DNA from: Trichinella spiralis
Lineage: Eukaryota
Direction of reading: 5' to 3'
Assembly: GCF_000181795.1 (NCBI RefSeq)
Contig: NW_003526945.1
Span: 4,010,264-4,063,084 of the forward strand
Length of the DNA stretch: 52,821 bases
The first letter of the stretch is position 1. Every line of letters begins with the position of its first letter. Below the pieces are notes generated by a model. The model was not told the origin of the DNA and ran no database searches. It worked only from the letters and a program-made list of their open reading frames with translations. This document shows, piece after piece, positions 26,972 through 46,200 of this stretch. The translations under genes were made by a program, and so were the position numbers.

Positions 26972-28347
26972 TTATTTACTTCTTACGACAATGTGAAGAA
27001 AATTATCCGGATAGCTCAAATTAATGTAAAGCCAAATAAGTTGCGTGTCGTGAGGCACCACCACCCCATGACAAATAAATTTCGTCTTTTCAATTTCATT
27101 TTCCGGAACAAAATTAGTTATATGAATTAAATCTAAAACTGTAGACGGTCTTACTGGTTCGGTGGAAACTGTAACAGGGCAAAGACGCTGAACAAATTTA
27201 TGATCATTCTTAAAAAGCAAAGGCAAACAAACTGATAACCGCTGATAACACGAACAACAATACACATACCTTGTATAAGCGAACAGGCAGCGCTTTGATA
27301 GGGTGCAATTGGGAATTTTCCATTAATTTCAAATTCACTGCCCAAAACTGATCGAATCGAGCTGCGTGATAGACAATGCAACAGTTAATATGTGACAAAA
27401 CACATTTATTTTATCGTACTTGATTAAATTTATCACTTATCATTAGAACAAAATTAATAAAATATTGACAAGACAATTTTGCAATTAAAATAGCAAGATT
27501 ACAACGGCATTCTAAATATTTCAAAAACAATGCTAACTTATTTAAATGGATAACTTACTTATTTAAATTTTTACTATTATATGAAAAGGTTTTTTAACAT
27601 TTACTAAATAAAAATAATGTAGATGAGTTTTAAAAAATAATTATCATTTTCAGAAAAAAATATGAATGTAATGAAACTGAAATAATAACAAAAAGTTCTC
27701 ACAGTTAACAAAAGAATTCCAGAGCTGCTTAATTTCGTGCTTTTGCATCTTTTCAATTATATGACCCTGGTGCTTTACCACGCCTGCTTGTTTAAGCATA
27801 TGATTAAAATGAGCTTCAACAATATTCAGAGATTTGCAACTTAACAATTCTTCTTGAGGAAAATCCTAAAAGGTGCTATAGTCATCAAAATGACACAATT
27901 CAAGAAAAAAAAATTACTCACCTTCACTCGAACAGTGATATTCCACGGATGTACCGCATCGTCTGCGTATATATCATGCAACAATCCAATTGGATATTGC
28001 CTAGAAGAATTCAAGTTTACATGAAAATATCACAATGGTTCATCATTTAGAATTGCCATGGTAGAGGTATGCCATTATATTCAAGCCATATTTCATTGAA
28101 ACGGTCATCGTCGACATAGGAAGCAAAATGTTTGTAAATCTTTTCAGCAGCCAGTGGAAAATATGATATGCGAGGAGCAAAAAGCTGATAAAAGATTAAT
28201 TGAAATACATAAATCATTAAAGGAAAAAGCAAAAATTACAAAAAATCTTTTCGGCAATTCGATGCACGCTATTTCTCTAGGATTCACAGAAAAACTTACG
28301 GGAACACGTCCTTCCCATATCTCCTTCATCACAGCAGAATCTTGCAT
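26972..28347 (-). CDS. atg-5: Autophagy protein 5, ~268 aa, exons 28347-28240, 28184-28057, 28000-27922, 27865-27703, 27361-27270, 27208-26972
   Basis: IWEGRVPV.F, PRISYFPL, IWLEYNG.PL.WQYPIGLLHD, PWNITV, LKQA..VKH (contains the ATG12-acceptor Lys), FDQFWAVN.KLM, P.RLY, and HG...P.DT.L.WLY.NLSYPDNFLHI. Confidence 0.95.
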
Positions 28348-30179
28348 CTAAATATGTAAGCAAAACATGAGATAAATTGTAAATGAGCAAAATTCAATCT
28401 CACAATTGCTTAAAAAGAATGCGTTGCGCACGAGAAGTGAGCATCCATTGAAAGCAAAGAAACGATTACGGTATGAATACATTGAGAATGAAGATCAATT
28501 TTTTGTTGTTGAAAACGTTTAAAAAAATACTTTTTTTGTACAGATATAATAAAAATATTTTTAATAAATTTAAATTATGAAAATTTTTTTTATAAAATTC
28601 TTTTTTGATATATTTATTATTAACGATCTTCCATAATATGTGAATACTTTTTATAATGAATGCAAATTGTCAACATTGGAAATTTACAAAAAATTCATTA
28701 AAAATCATTCATAATATATCTGCACAAAAATGATGATGAAATTATTCAAGATAAAAATAAAACGATGCCTGTTATATATATATAATGTATAATGAATAAG
28801 TACAATTAAAAGCTAGCTTAACGTACGTACAGTGGTGGTAAGTTAAAATTACACTTACTTCATTATTTTTAAATATGATAACATGCGATATCAAATAGAA
28901 ACATTTTTAAAAGGAATTTATGTAGATGGACGGATAAACATCATTTCTAAAATCTGTTCGACATCAGCCAAGGCTGATAATGAATAGCTGTTGCAAGATC
29001 AACAGTGGCTGATAGCGGCCAACAGTGCCAAGATAGCGTTAGTTCAACGCACATTCAAGCAGGCCGAGCTTACTGAAGGTTGTTAAATTATAAACAGGCC
29101 GGTTTAAGAGAAATATTTTGCCAAGCGGCTTCTTATCGGTTGATCATAGATTGCTGTAACGAGTAGATTGGTCCAGGCTAATTTCGCTCGAGGTCACGCG
29201 CGAGCTACTTCGTTGGCCCCACCACAATAGCATAGACAAACAATTCGATTGAAAGCAGTGTTATAAGAAAAAAAGAGCCCTTTTGCCCTAATATCACTAT
29301 GTGAACAGTTCAAAATGAATAAACTTTTTCATAATTTAATTTTTACCAACATACAGTAATATAACCTTGAAAATCATGTAATTTTTGTATATTGTTTCCA
29401 TCATAATGTTTATCCTGTCGTAGTTCAATATTGTTGTAGAACCATTTTTGTTTTTTATTTTTAATATTTCTATCAGTAATCAAGTTGTTTTTTTAGCATA
29501 ACATGTAAGTAAAACTGTTGCCTAGTTGCGCGCATATAATGTACAATTCTCGAATGTTTGTTTGACAATTCAAGTTTCCAAAATTGTCATAATTTTCGCT
29601 GCTTAATTGATATCACAATTGCTGTTTTTTTACAATCGCTTTTCTAATTATTAATTTTATCATTTGATTTATTCGAATTAAATCCCAGTGTTTATTCTGA
29701 CTTTTATCATTTATCGCTGTTCGTTAATCTTTGTAGAACTCAGCTTGATCAAGCCTGGTTGGCATCGATTGCGATTCTTCTTCTCGCCGCCGATTTTGAT
29801 AATTCTGTAAAACGAAGAATTTGTTTTTTTGTAAAAAAAATAATTTTTAGCAAATTCCGCGTTGAATAAAAAAAACGTAACTTCCTGCTCTGCTATGGTA
29901 CTGAAGAATATTGTAAGAGCGAATCGTTTTTTGACCGTCGTTTTTTAACGACATTCGATGAGTTGTACTTTTTGTTTAGTTTTCGTTCGTCTGTGGAGTC
30001 TACACAGGCGCTTACATTGTGCAGAATTATGATGTAATGTTTCGAAAAAAGAATTTTCAACTGCTGCATCACGTTTGTGATGAATTTGAATTTTTTAGGT
30101 GCCAATTTTGCCTCATCCAAACGAGCTGTATGAAAAAGTGAAATTGTGGTTGGAAAGTCATAGAAAAGAATATTAACCG

Positions 30180-32282
30180 ATGTCCAGGTGGTGTCAGATT
30201 CGTTTTTCGAAAATTATTTATTGTTCAAGTGACCATAAATATGGACCGGTGGAAAATTTGTTGCGCAGTACTTACAGATCTTGGTTGTCTGCAGTTGGCA
30301 AGTTTGATTGAAATTTTTCATTTTCGCACGTGCAATAATACCTAATAATCGAATATGAATTATGTTGAGTTGAGTTGGTCGGCTTGTGAGTTTGAGATAC
30401 TGTTTTTTTTTCTCAATTGATCATTAACCCCCCCCCCCACTGCGATCAACTTTGTATTGAATTTTCACAGTCTTGTGGCGTACTGTAGGTTGCATGTATT
30501 GAGAACAGAGAACAAAAAGAGATTGATGATGAAAATTGATCATTGTTATTTTCAGGCGCAGATAAAGCCGTCGCGATAATACAGCTGAAACAGTTGGAGC
30601 GAATAGATGGAATAGATATCCGCAATCAGAATTCCGCTTTCATAGAGATTCACGTAGCTCGTTCAGATGATGATTTTCGCATTCTGCTTCCAAAGACCGA
30701 GTTCATGACACCCGCGGAGAGTAAAGTGCGCAGATACAAGCACAAGAATCGTATGAAATTTTTCACCAAAAAGGATTTCATACCTTCGGCGGCCGAACAG
30801 TGCTGGGATCGTGTAAAAATAATCTGCTACCAGCCATTCCGGTCCATAGCGTACGGCATCTCGTTCATCCGCGTGAAACGTTTGGTCAACGAGGACGACA
30901 GTCTGCTCGAAGTATTTTTTTATGCTCACAAATAATATGTGCTTGTTTCAATGTTTTTATTCGTCATCTAGAATGGCATATACAGTAGGGAATTTCGCAG
31001 TCGCTTTTCTGTAAGACGATTGCCGTCGCCGCCACTTGCTGACAAATGGGATCATCCACATTGTTATCAAAGTGAAGTGCTGAGAGGCGATTGGACAGCT
31101 GATATGAACATACAAATATTCCCTCGAAGATTTCGCTGTTCAGATATATTGTTCGGGATTCAAATACTATTCGTCGGTTTTGAGAAGAAAGCATTCGAGA
31201 ATTTGTGTTATAAAGGAAAGAAAATGGGCGCCAAAATACAGTCAAATTGGAAAGACTTTGTCACACATATCGTATTTAATCCCGATACGGATTTCTCTAA
31301 AATCCAACTTTACATAGGGCAAAGTTACATTGTCAAAGCAGAATGGATTGAGGATTGTTTTGCTTGCAAACGTCACCTCTGTGTCCAAAAGTAGAAAATT
31401 TTATTAATGAATGAATGTTTTCTTTTTTTTTCTCTGTTGATGAATTCGTTCATTTTTGCTAGTTACCTGCACGATTTGGAAAAGTTGGAACAACAGCACA
31501 TGGAAGCTATGAAAGTTGCTGAAATGGCAAAATTTGAAGAAATGGAGAAGGTTTTAATCGGAAATTTAATTCCCCTTTGAAACATATCTAAATGAAGAAC
31601 ATATTGTTGAATTGTGTTTTGTCGTTTTCAGGTGGAAGAACTGGTCAAGAATCATGAAAACTCGGATGATACCGAGTCGGTCTGGTCGTGGGATTCGATT
31701 TACGAGAAAGAGACCGAATCGGAAAGTGACAGTGGAGAATCTCTTTGTATGGATTACAGATACTTCACAAACGAACTACGAGACGAATTGTACTTTATCG
31801 GCATTCTCATCATTTGGCGTAATAATAATAATAATACTATTATTCATTTTTCTTTTAGTTTACGCCAAGACAAAATACTGAAAAGAACTGCCATTGAGGC
31901 AGGAGAAGAAGTCGACATTAGTCCTGGTTTTGTGACCGAATGTGAAGAAGAAGATGGGTAACAACAACCAATTTGTTCATCGAATCATATAATTAATTCA
32001 ATCACAACTGCATCTTTTTTATTCAGGAAATCCGCTATTGTGGATTACAAATTCTTCGCTGCACAACGACGACGAGACAAACTGTATACATTAATTAATT
32101 TGGCTGTATTTCACACTCTCATTTGGTGTAATATTATTTGTTCATTTTTTAGTTTACGCAGAAACAGAAAATTGAAACGACTTGTCATTGAAGGAGGAGA
32201 CTTGAGTCCTGATTTCGAGACTGGTGCGAAAAAGATGAAGAAGACTAACGACAACGAAGTTGCGGATCTTGAATCATCATAA
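30180..32282 (+). CDS. XRCC1: Divergent XRCC1-like protein (XRCC1_N + one BRCT + acidic duplicated tail), ~474 aa, exons 30180-30297, 30556-30911, 30972-31390, 31463-31550, 31632-31789, 31859-31957, 32027-32083, 32153-32282
   Basis: IRFSKIIYCSS..ENLL..TYRSW, IDI.N..SAFIEI.V, FMTPAES, WDRVKIICYQPF..YGISFI match the XRCC1 N-terminal domain. GF......L..KG..MGAK....W...VTHIV and IVKAEWIEDC match BRCT1. All exon phases close if intron 1 is GC-AG. Confidence 0.85.
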
Positions 32283-32740
32283 TTCATTTGTGGCAGGCAT
32301 AAGAGGATGTATTTTGCCAATGTCACAAAATATGAAAATCACATGTGTAAAATAATAAACAAATAATAATAAATTGGAAAGATGATAAATAAATACTACA
32401 ACAAGGTGGAATAAAACTGTATTTTCATCAAGTTGGCATTATTTAAATAACAAAGCTGTTTGCTTTATCACATCGTGATACGAGAACAGCAGCAAGCAGC
32501 TCATATAGTTGGTACACGGATGTTTCATTGCATGCAGACGAATTGTTTGTTGTTCAAAGTACTAATTGCAACTTTGTTTGCTAATATTTTAAAAACTATA
32601 TACGCGAGTATTCAATTAATAAATAACAGTATAAATACTACTACTAATAATAATAATGAAAGAAAAATAAATCTACCGTATTCGTGTGTGTGTGTGTGCG
32701 ATATGAGGTTTAGAAAGAAAAATTACATTTCCTTCCTTTA

Positions 32741-40208
<7,468 letters not shown>

Positions 40209-41083
40209 TCTTGCCGAACAAACGTGTTTCAAATTAGCACTTCAAAATAACATAAGATGGCGATGATGCTGCAAAATTTTAAGTGACAAAAATGTCCAAA
40301 CGGCAATCAAGTGAAATGTACTTTAGCAACCAATGATTAAAATTTACTTGAAAAAGAACAAATACAAATGTATGTCAAAGCTGATAAAGCTGGCAAACTT
40401 TATAGATAAGCTTTGCAAACAAACATTCATACAGTTACTCTAGAAGTTTCATCTTCTATGAAAAGCCAGCACAGAATTTCATTACAGTATTTTTAATTAT
40501 CATTACATTCAATAAAACATTTAAAAATACAGAAATATGTATTTAATATTTGGTCAAATACAATAAAAACTGAATGTGCTTTAAAAATTTGGGTTTACCT
40601 TCTTAAAAATTGGAGGCCTAAAACAATATTAAATAATCATTGAGTGAACTTATTAACTAAACTTTTTACGAAAAATGACATAAAAAAATTTCATACTATT
40701 CAATATATTAAGATTTTGGATATATATAAAATGCATGCTTTAGTACTTTACGCCTTAAATGCAAAATTCTACAACACATATAACTTACAAAATGATAATT
40801 ATTTACATTGCTCTGATGTAATGTAAGTACAATAAATGAAAGATTATACTTCAAAATTGAAGTCAACGTCAAGTTTCTTGACAGATTACACATGCAAAGT
40901 ACAGAATTTGAAAATCAAGTTCAAGGAATATTATTATCTTTAAGCAGACTTGTCCTGCAAAAAACTAACACATATTGTCCTGCTTTGAAAAACATTTCAA
41001 TTTTTGCAAAAATAATTTTAAAATGAAACTGCCTTCACTTTTTTCTGAACTGCAATTTTTACTTTAATTAATGTATGAAAATA

Positions 41084-41724
41084 TAGTTGACCTTGGTTAA
41101 GTGCACATGGAATTTTCTGCAAAGAATTTCCACGCACTTATCCAAAGTTGGGAATTAGGCAAAATAATTGAAAGGAGCAACAACTTCACATGTACAGGTA
41201 TATTTAATGCAAAAAATGTGCATTTATTTGAAGTGAAGTAGTCAGAAAGATAGCTTTGAATTATATTTTGTGACACCAGTCTTAGTCTGCTTACTAGCTG
41301 CTCTTCACTTCAATCTATGTTTGTCTGATTTATGTTGTTATCATAAAAATATGACTGAATTGTAGTCAGAGCTGCGACAACTTCCTTGTGAGTTACTTCC
41401 TGGGAAAGCAGTAGTTGTTTTGACTTGGGCTAACTCACGTAGTGTTATACAAGTGCTTATTCTGATACAGCGAACAATGAACTTTGTCGAGTATTAATAG
41501 TTGTTATGGCTGGTGATGAACGTAAAGTGGCCGGGAACGGGTCTATTGTGAACTTAAGCGCTATATATTGCGAACAGTGAATTCCGTGGACATTGCCAAA
41601 ATGATGCAATTAAACCAAGTGGTGCACTTATCCTTTATTTTACCGCACAATTAACTACAGGAAATTCTGTTAGGTCAAAATCTGGTGCACTGAAAGGAAA
41701 TGCGCACTTAACCAAATTCGACAG
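41084..41724 (-). mobile_element. Internally deleted pogo/Tigger-like (Tc1/mariner superfamily) DNA transposon, ~640 bp
   Basis: Imperfect 25-bp terminal inverted repeats (TAGTTGACCTTGGTTAAGTGCACAT at 41084 vs reverse complement CTGTCGAATTTGGTTAAGTGCGCAT from 41724; 19/25 by hand), flanked by TA on both sides. Sub-terminal GCACTTATCC copies at ~41134 and ~41624. Minus-strand remnant EVTHKEVVAALTTIQSYF...*...QSYLSDYF resembles a Tigger transposase C-terminus. Confidence 0.75.
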
Positions 41725-43211
41725 TACGTTTATCTTTAAGAACATGTTCATTTGTTGTACAGAAAATGCTTCCAATTTGTAAAACTTATTTTACATATAT
41801 TAATATAATTTATGGTCAAGCAATAAATATACTTTTAAGCACATAAATGCTTCCAGATTAACATATTTTTCACTTCTATATTTTGAAAATACTTCTTGCA
41901 TATTTGACTTAAAACAAGCACCAATGCCAGCTGTGTTTAACTTTAAAAATAAACAAAATTGTGCTATCTCTACTGAATTATCATTATTATATAAAATATG
42001 CATCACAATTAACCAACGCAAATAATTATCTTAATTGGTTTATTTCACGGCCACAAATTACACAAATTACAGTAGCTTTACTGAAATGTAGGTACAGTTT
42101 AATTTACTACTAACTTACAAAGAGATAAATGATTTATCGTCATCTTGAAGCATTGTTTTATTCAAACATAATTTTATCAATTACTAAAAAGTAAATTCAG
42201 CATTTTAACTTGCTTAATTTCTCTAATTTTTTATAACCCGTGTATGCAGTGTTGCTGCCTTATCATTGTTTGTGTTGTACACTTTAGCACAACAGAAACC
42301 ATATGTTAAAAATCTTTAAACTATGCATATTTAATTTACGTTTCTCATATTTTTCTATTTTTACTGAACTTGTTTTCACCTTAAACATTTTTTAAAGAAT
42401 AATGCTAATAATGCTCGTGAAAAAGTCATAACAGAACCATGAGTGCAACATAAAAGCCCAGATTGTAAAATAACATTTCAGACAAGCTTAAAACTTTAAA
42501 GTGAGTTTTCTTACATTTTCTTATAGCATTTTAAAATAATAAATAAGAAGAAATTGCTATAAGTTTTGAAAAAAATAAATACATTTTCCATACATCAATT
42601 TTTCATTTGCAGTTGTAATATAATAACAGTTAGTAATCATTGTAATTACGAAATGCACAATCATAAAAGTAGAAAATATTAACTGATACAAAACGAAGAA
42701 CATTTTACTATTGATTTTTGAATATCAGAAATACATAATGAGCCATTGATAAACTCTTTTCAGAGAATTGTTTTTTAGGCATCTGGGCAAAATCTTTTCA
42801 TTCATTTTGCTTTTTGCTAAAATCTTTTCATTCATTATTGATATACCACAGTTCAAACAGTTGATTCTCTACCATTCAATTAATTGATGGTTCAAAAAAT
42901 GAAAAAATTTATTTATTATCGTTATTATTACAAATTATTATTACAGATTTCTAAATTAGAAAAGAGGAAACAGATTGAAGCAATTTTTTAAAATATTAAA
43001 AAATAATTTTCCAGTAAAGCACAAATATTGAGCATCAGTTTAACGCAGAAGTTTTAAATACCGCATCAGAAAAGAAACATCGAAAATGAGTGCAAAACAG
43101 ACAAAATAAAATTAATAATTTAAATAAACTAGTGTAAAAAGCAACTATAACATAATTATAAAATGTTAATTATTTGACAGTGATATTTATATAATGTAGT
43201 ACTTCTTCCCT

Positions 43212-46200
43212 TTAAGTACTTCTGCCATCCCCATCATCATCATTGATCATTTCTGCAATAGACACTGCCATGTCGCTAAAATTTGCATTAATGTCGTTGT
43301 CTAACTTTCCACTGCAGGAGTCAAAGAATTGAAACTGATCATTGTTTAACTGCAAACCATGCTGAGTTAGTGAATTCACAACTGCTGAATCCACAGCAAT
43401 AGTTTTCATATCCTTGATGTTCTGCATAGAATTCCGTTGAGTGACAGGCTGCTGCAACTGCGGCCCGGGCAGATTGCTCATTCCTTGCAACAACGCAGGA
43501 TCTAATGGCTTTCTCTCCTGGCGTTCAAGTATGATAGGAAGTGTTTGATTATTGTCGACAATGTGAATCAATTTAGGCTCAGTTTTTTCTTCACTTTTCT
43601 TGCCTCTATCAACTCTATCTCCATTTTCAATTATGTCATTGGATATTTCTTTTACAGAGGCTCCCGTGCTACTGCAATCTGTACTGATAATCCTACATAT
43701 CTGTTCACTGCCTGAATCAGTTGATTGAAATTGAGCATTGCGTGCCTGCAAAGCATTCTCAGTTTGTGGATTCACAGTTGCTGAATTTGTAGAAGCAGTT
43801 TTCATTTTTTGGATGTTCTTCACAGACCTCTGCTGAGTGACGTGTTGCCGTAACTGCGGCTTCAGCTGGTTATTCATTCTTTGCAGCAATGCAGGGTCGA
43901 ATGTCCTTCTCACCCGGCGTTCAATCACAATAGGAAGTGTTTGACCATTTTCGACAACCTGAAGCAATGCTGGATTCATCTTTTCCTCTCTTTCATTGTA
44001 TATGTGAACTCTATTAGCATTTTCTTTATTGACGTTGGTTATTTCCTTTACAGTGGTTTCCTTGTTGCTGTAATCTATACCTTTAATGCTGTATATCTGT
44101 TCACTGCAAGAATCAATTGATTGAAATTGGCCATTTCTTGGTTGAAAATCATGCGCATTTAGCGAATTTATAATCATTAGGTGCCCAGCAAAAATGTTCA
44201 CTTCCTTGATATTTTTTACAGACTTCTGTTGATTGACGTGCTGCGTGAACTGCGGTCCCAACAGATTGTTCATTTTTTGCAGCAATGCAGGGTCTAATGA
44301 CTTTCTCACCCGGCGTTCAATCACAATAGGAGGTGTTTGATTATTGTCTGCATTCTGAAGCAATTCAGATTCCATTTTGTCTTCACATTCTTGATCTCCA
44401 TCAACTCTATCGCCATTTTCATTATTGTCGTTGGATGTTTCTTTTGCGGTGGCTCCCATACTACTGCAATCTGTACTTATAATCCTGCATATGTGTCTAC
44501 TGAAAGAGTCAGTTGATTGAAACTGATCATTGTTCAGCTGCATAGCTTGCTGAGCTTGTGGATGCTCTACCGTTGAATCTTCAGCCAGAATATTCATTCT
44601 TTTGATGTTCTCTACAGAATTCTGTTGAGTAGCGTGCCGCCTGAACTGCGGCCCCAACAGATTGTTCATTTTTTGCAGCAATGCAGGGTCTAATGACTTT
44701 CTCACCCGGCGTTCAATCACAATAGGAGATGTTTGGCTATTTTCGCTCCCCTGAAGCAATGCTGGCTTCGTTTTTTTCTCACTTTCCTTATCTCCCTCAA
44801 CTTTATCACCATTCTTATCAATGACGTCGTGTGTTTCTTTCGCAGTGGCTCCCATGTTACTGCAGTCTTTGCTTACTGTGCGGTATATTTCTCCACTGCC
44901 TGAATCAACTGACTGAAATTTGTCATTGTTTGTCTGCAAACCGTGCTGTGCTAGTGGATTCACAACCGTTGAATCTCCAGCATAAATGTTCACTTCATTG
45001 ATGTTCTTCATAGACTTTCGTTTGAAGATACGCTGCCGCAGCTGTGATCCCAGGGCTTTGATCATTCTTTGTAGAAATGCTGGGTATAATTTCTTCTTTG
45101 CGCTACTCGTCGTGCTCTTGCACTTCATGTGATTGTTATTTAGCGTCTGCCGTAATGCTGTGTCTGCTTTTATTACTGTGGTTCTCTCACTGTTTAGGCG
45201 CCACCTTTGGCTTTCATCATTCTCATTTGCAGTTTTTTGCTGAGACTTTTCTTTCGCTTTTAGCCCCTCAACTGATGCGTTTTTGCTAACGTCAGTGGGC
45301 TGAATTCCGTTATGCACACTTTTTTCCATCCACTCTTCTGATTTTGTTTGTCCCATTGTTAATACCATTGTCGGTGTTGAGGAGCTTTCTTCTTCAATTT
45401 TCTGTTTGATTTTGGACAGATATTCACATACTTGCTCATAATCTTTTGGATCATCTGGCGCTTCGATGCCCCACAATGATCTCACTGTCTGAAAACATAG
45501 TTCCAAATTTGCACTTAATTCTGACGGTGTACTGACCGCAATTTCTTTTGCTTTTTGACGTATGTAATGACATATGATCATGCCTAAAATAGTGCCATTG
45601 TTGAACAGTGACATCAAGTCATTCAGACGTCGATGATGAAACGCAAATGTGTTTTGTAGCCAGTTAAACAAGGCGTTGAGTTGCTGAAATTTTACATCTT
45701 CAGTATAGCTAACAGATGGCAGGGAATACTGTTCTTCTATTAAGAATCCATGGCTGTCTGAACTGAGTAAAGGAGGCATCTGTAAATTTCCAAACTGTAA
45801 CAAAATTGAAATAATCAAATCAACACTCTATAAATGTAACCTGATTTGGAAGTGGAAGATTATCAGTCAGGTAATAGCGGGTGCATGGATTTATTGTGTA
45901 ATTTGCAACATTTCCTTGCAATGTGCATGGTGTAACCTGAGTCAAAAGCTGGTAATTGCATTCTTTCTCAGCCAGCAATTCTAATATCGGCCGTCCGCAG
46001 CCAAAACTGCGAATCATCCACGCAGCATCAAGAGCACTCATGAAACCTCTTCCAATGCTTGAACCACTGTTCCAAATCGGCTGTAAAATTATGAAACATT
46101 TATAAATATGAATGAAATTAATGGTTAAATGAGCAGGAAAATAGCACAAATTTTCCAATACTTTTTGCAGACTGTCACCAACGAGAGCCAATAGCAGAGG

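Noticed and set aside
29720..30125. Possible small minus-strand gene head-to-head with XRCC1
   Set aside because: Splice-like sites and short open frames exist, but there is no convincing start or homology. Left uncalled.
42400..43110. CxxC- and HFRCF-like fragments downstream of the MICAL stop, considered as LIM-domain remnants
   Set aside because: They are interrupted by stops, have the wrong spacing and give no coherent splice path. Compatible with chance.
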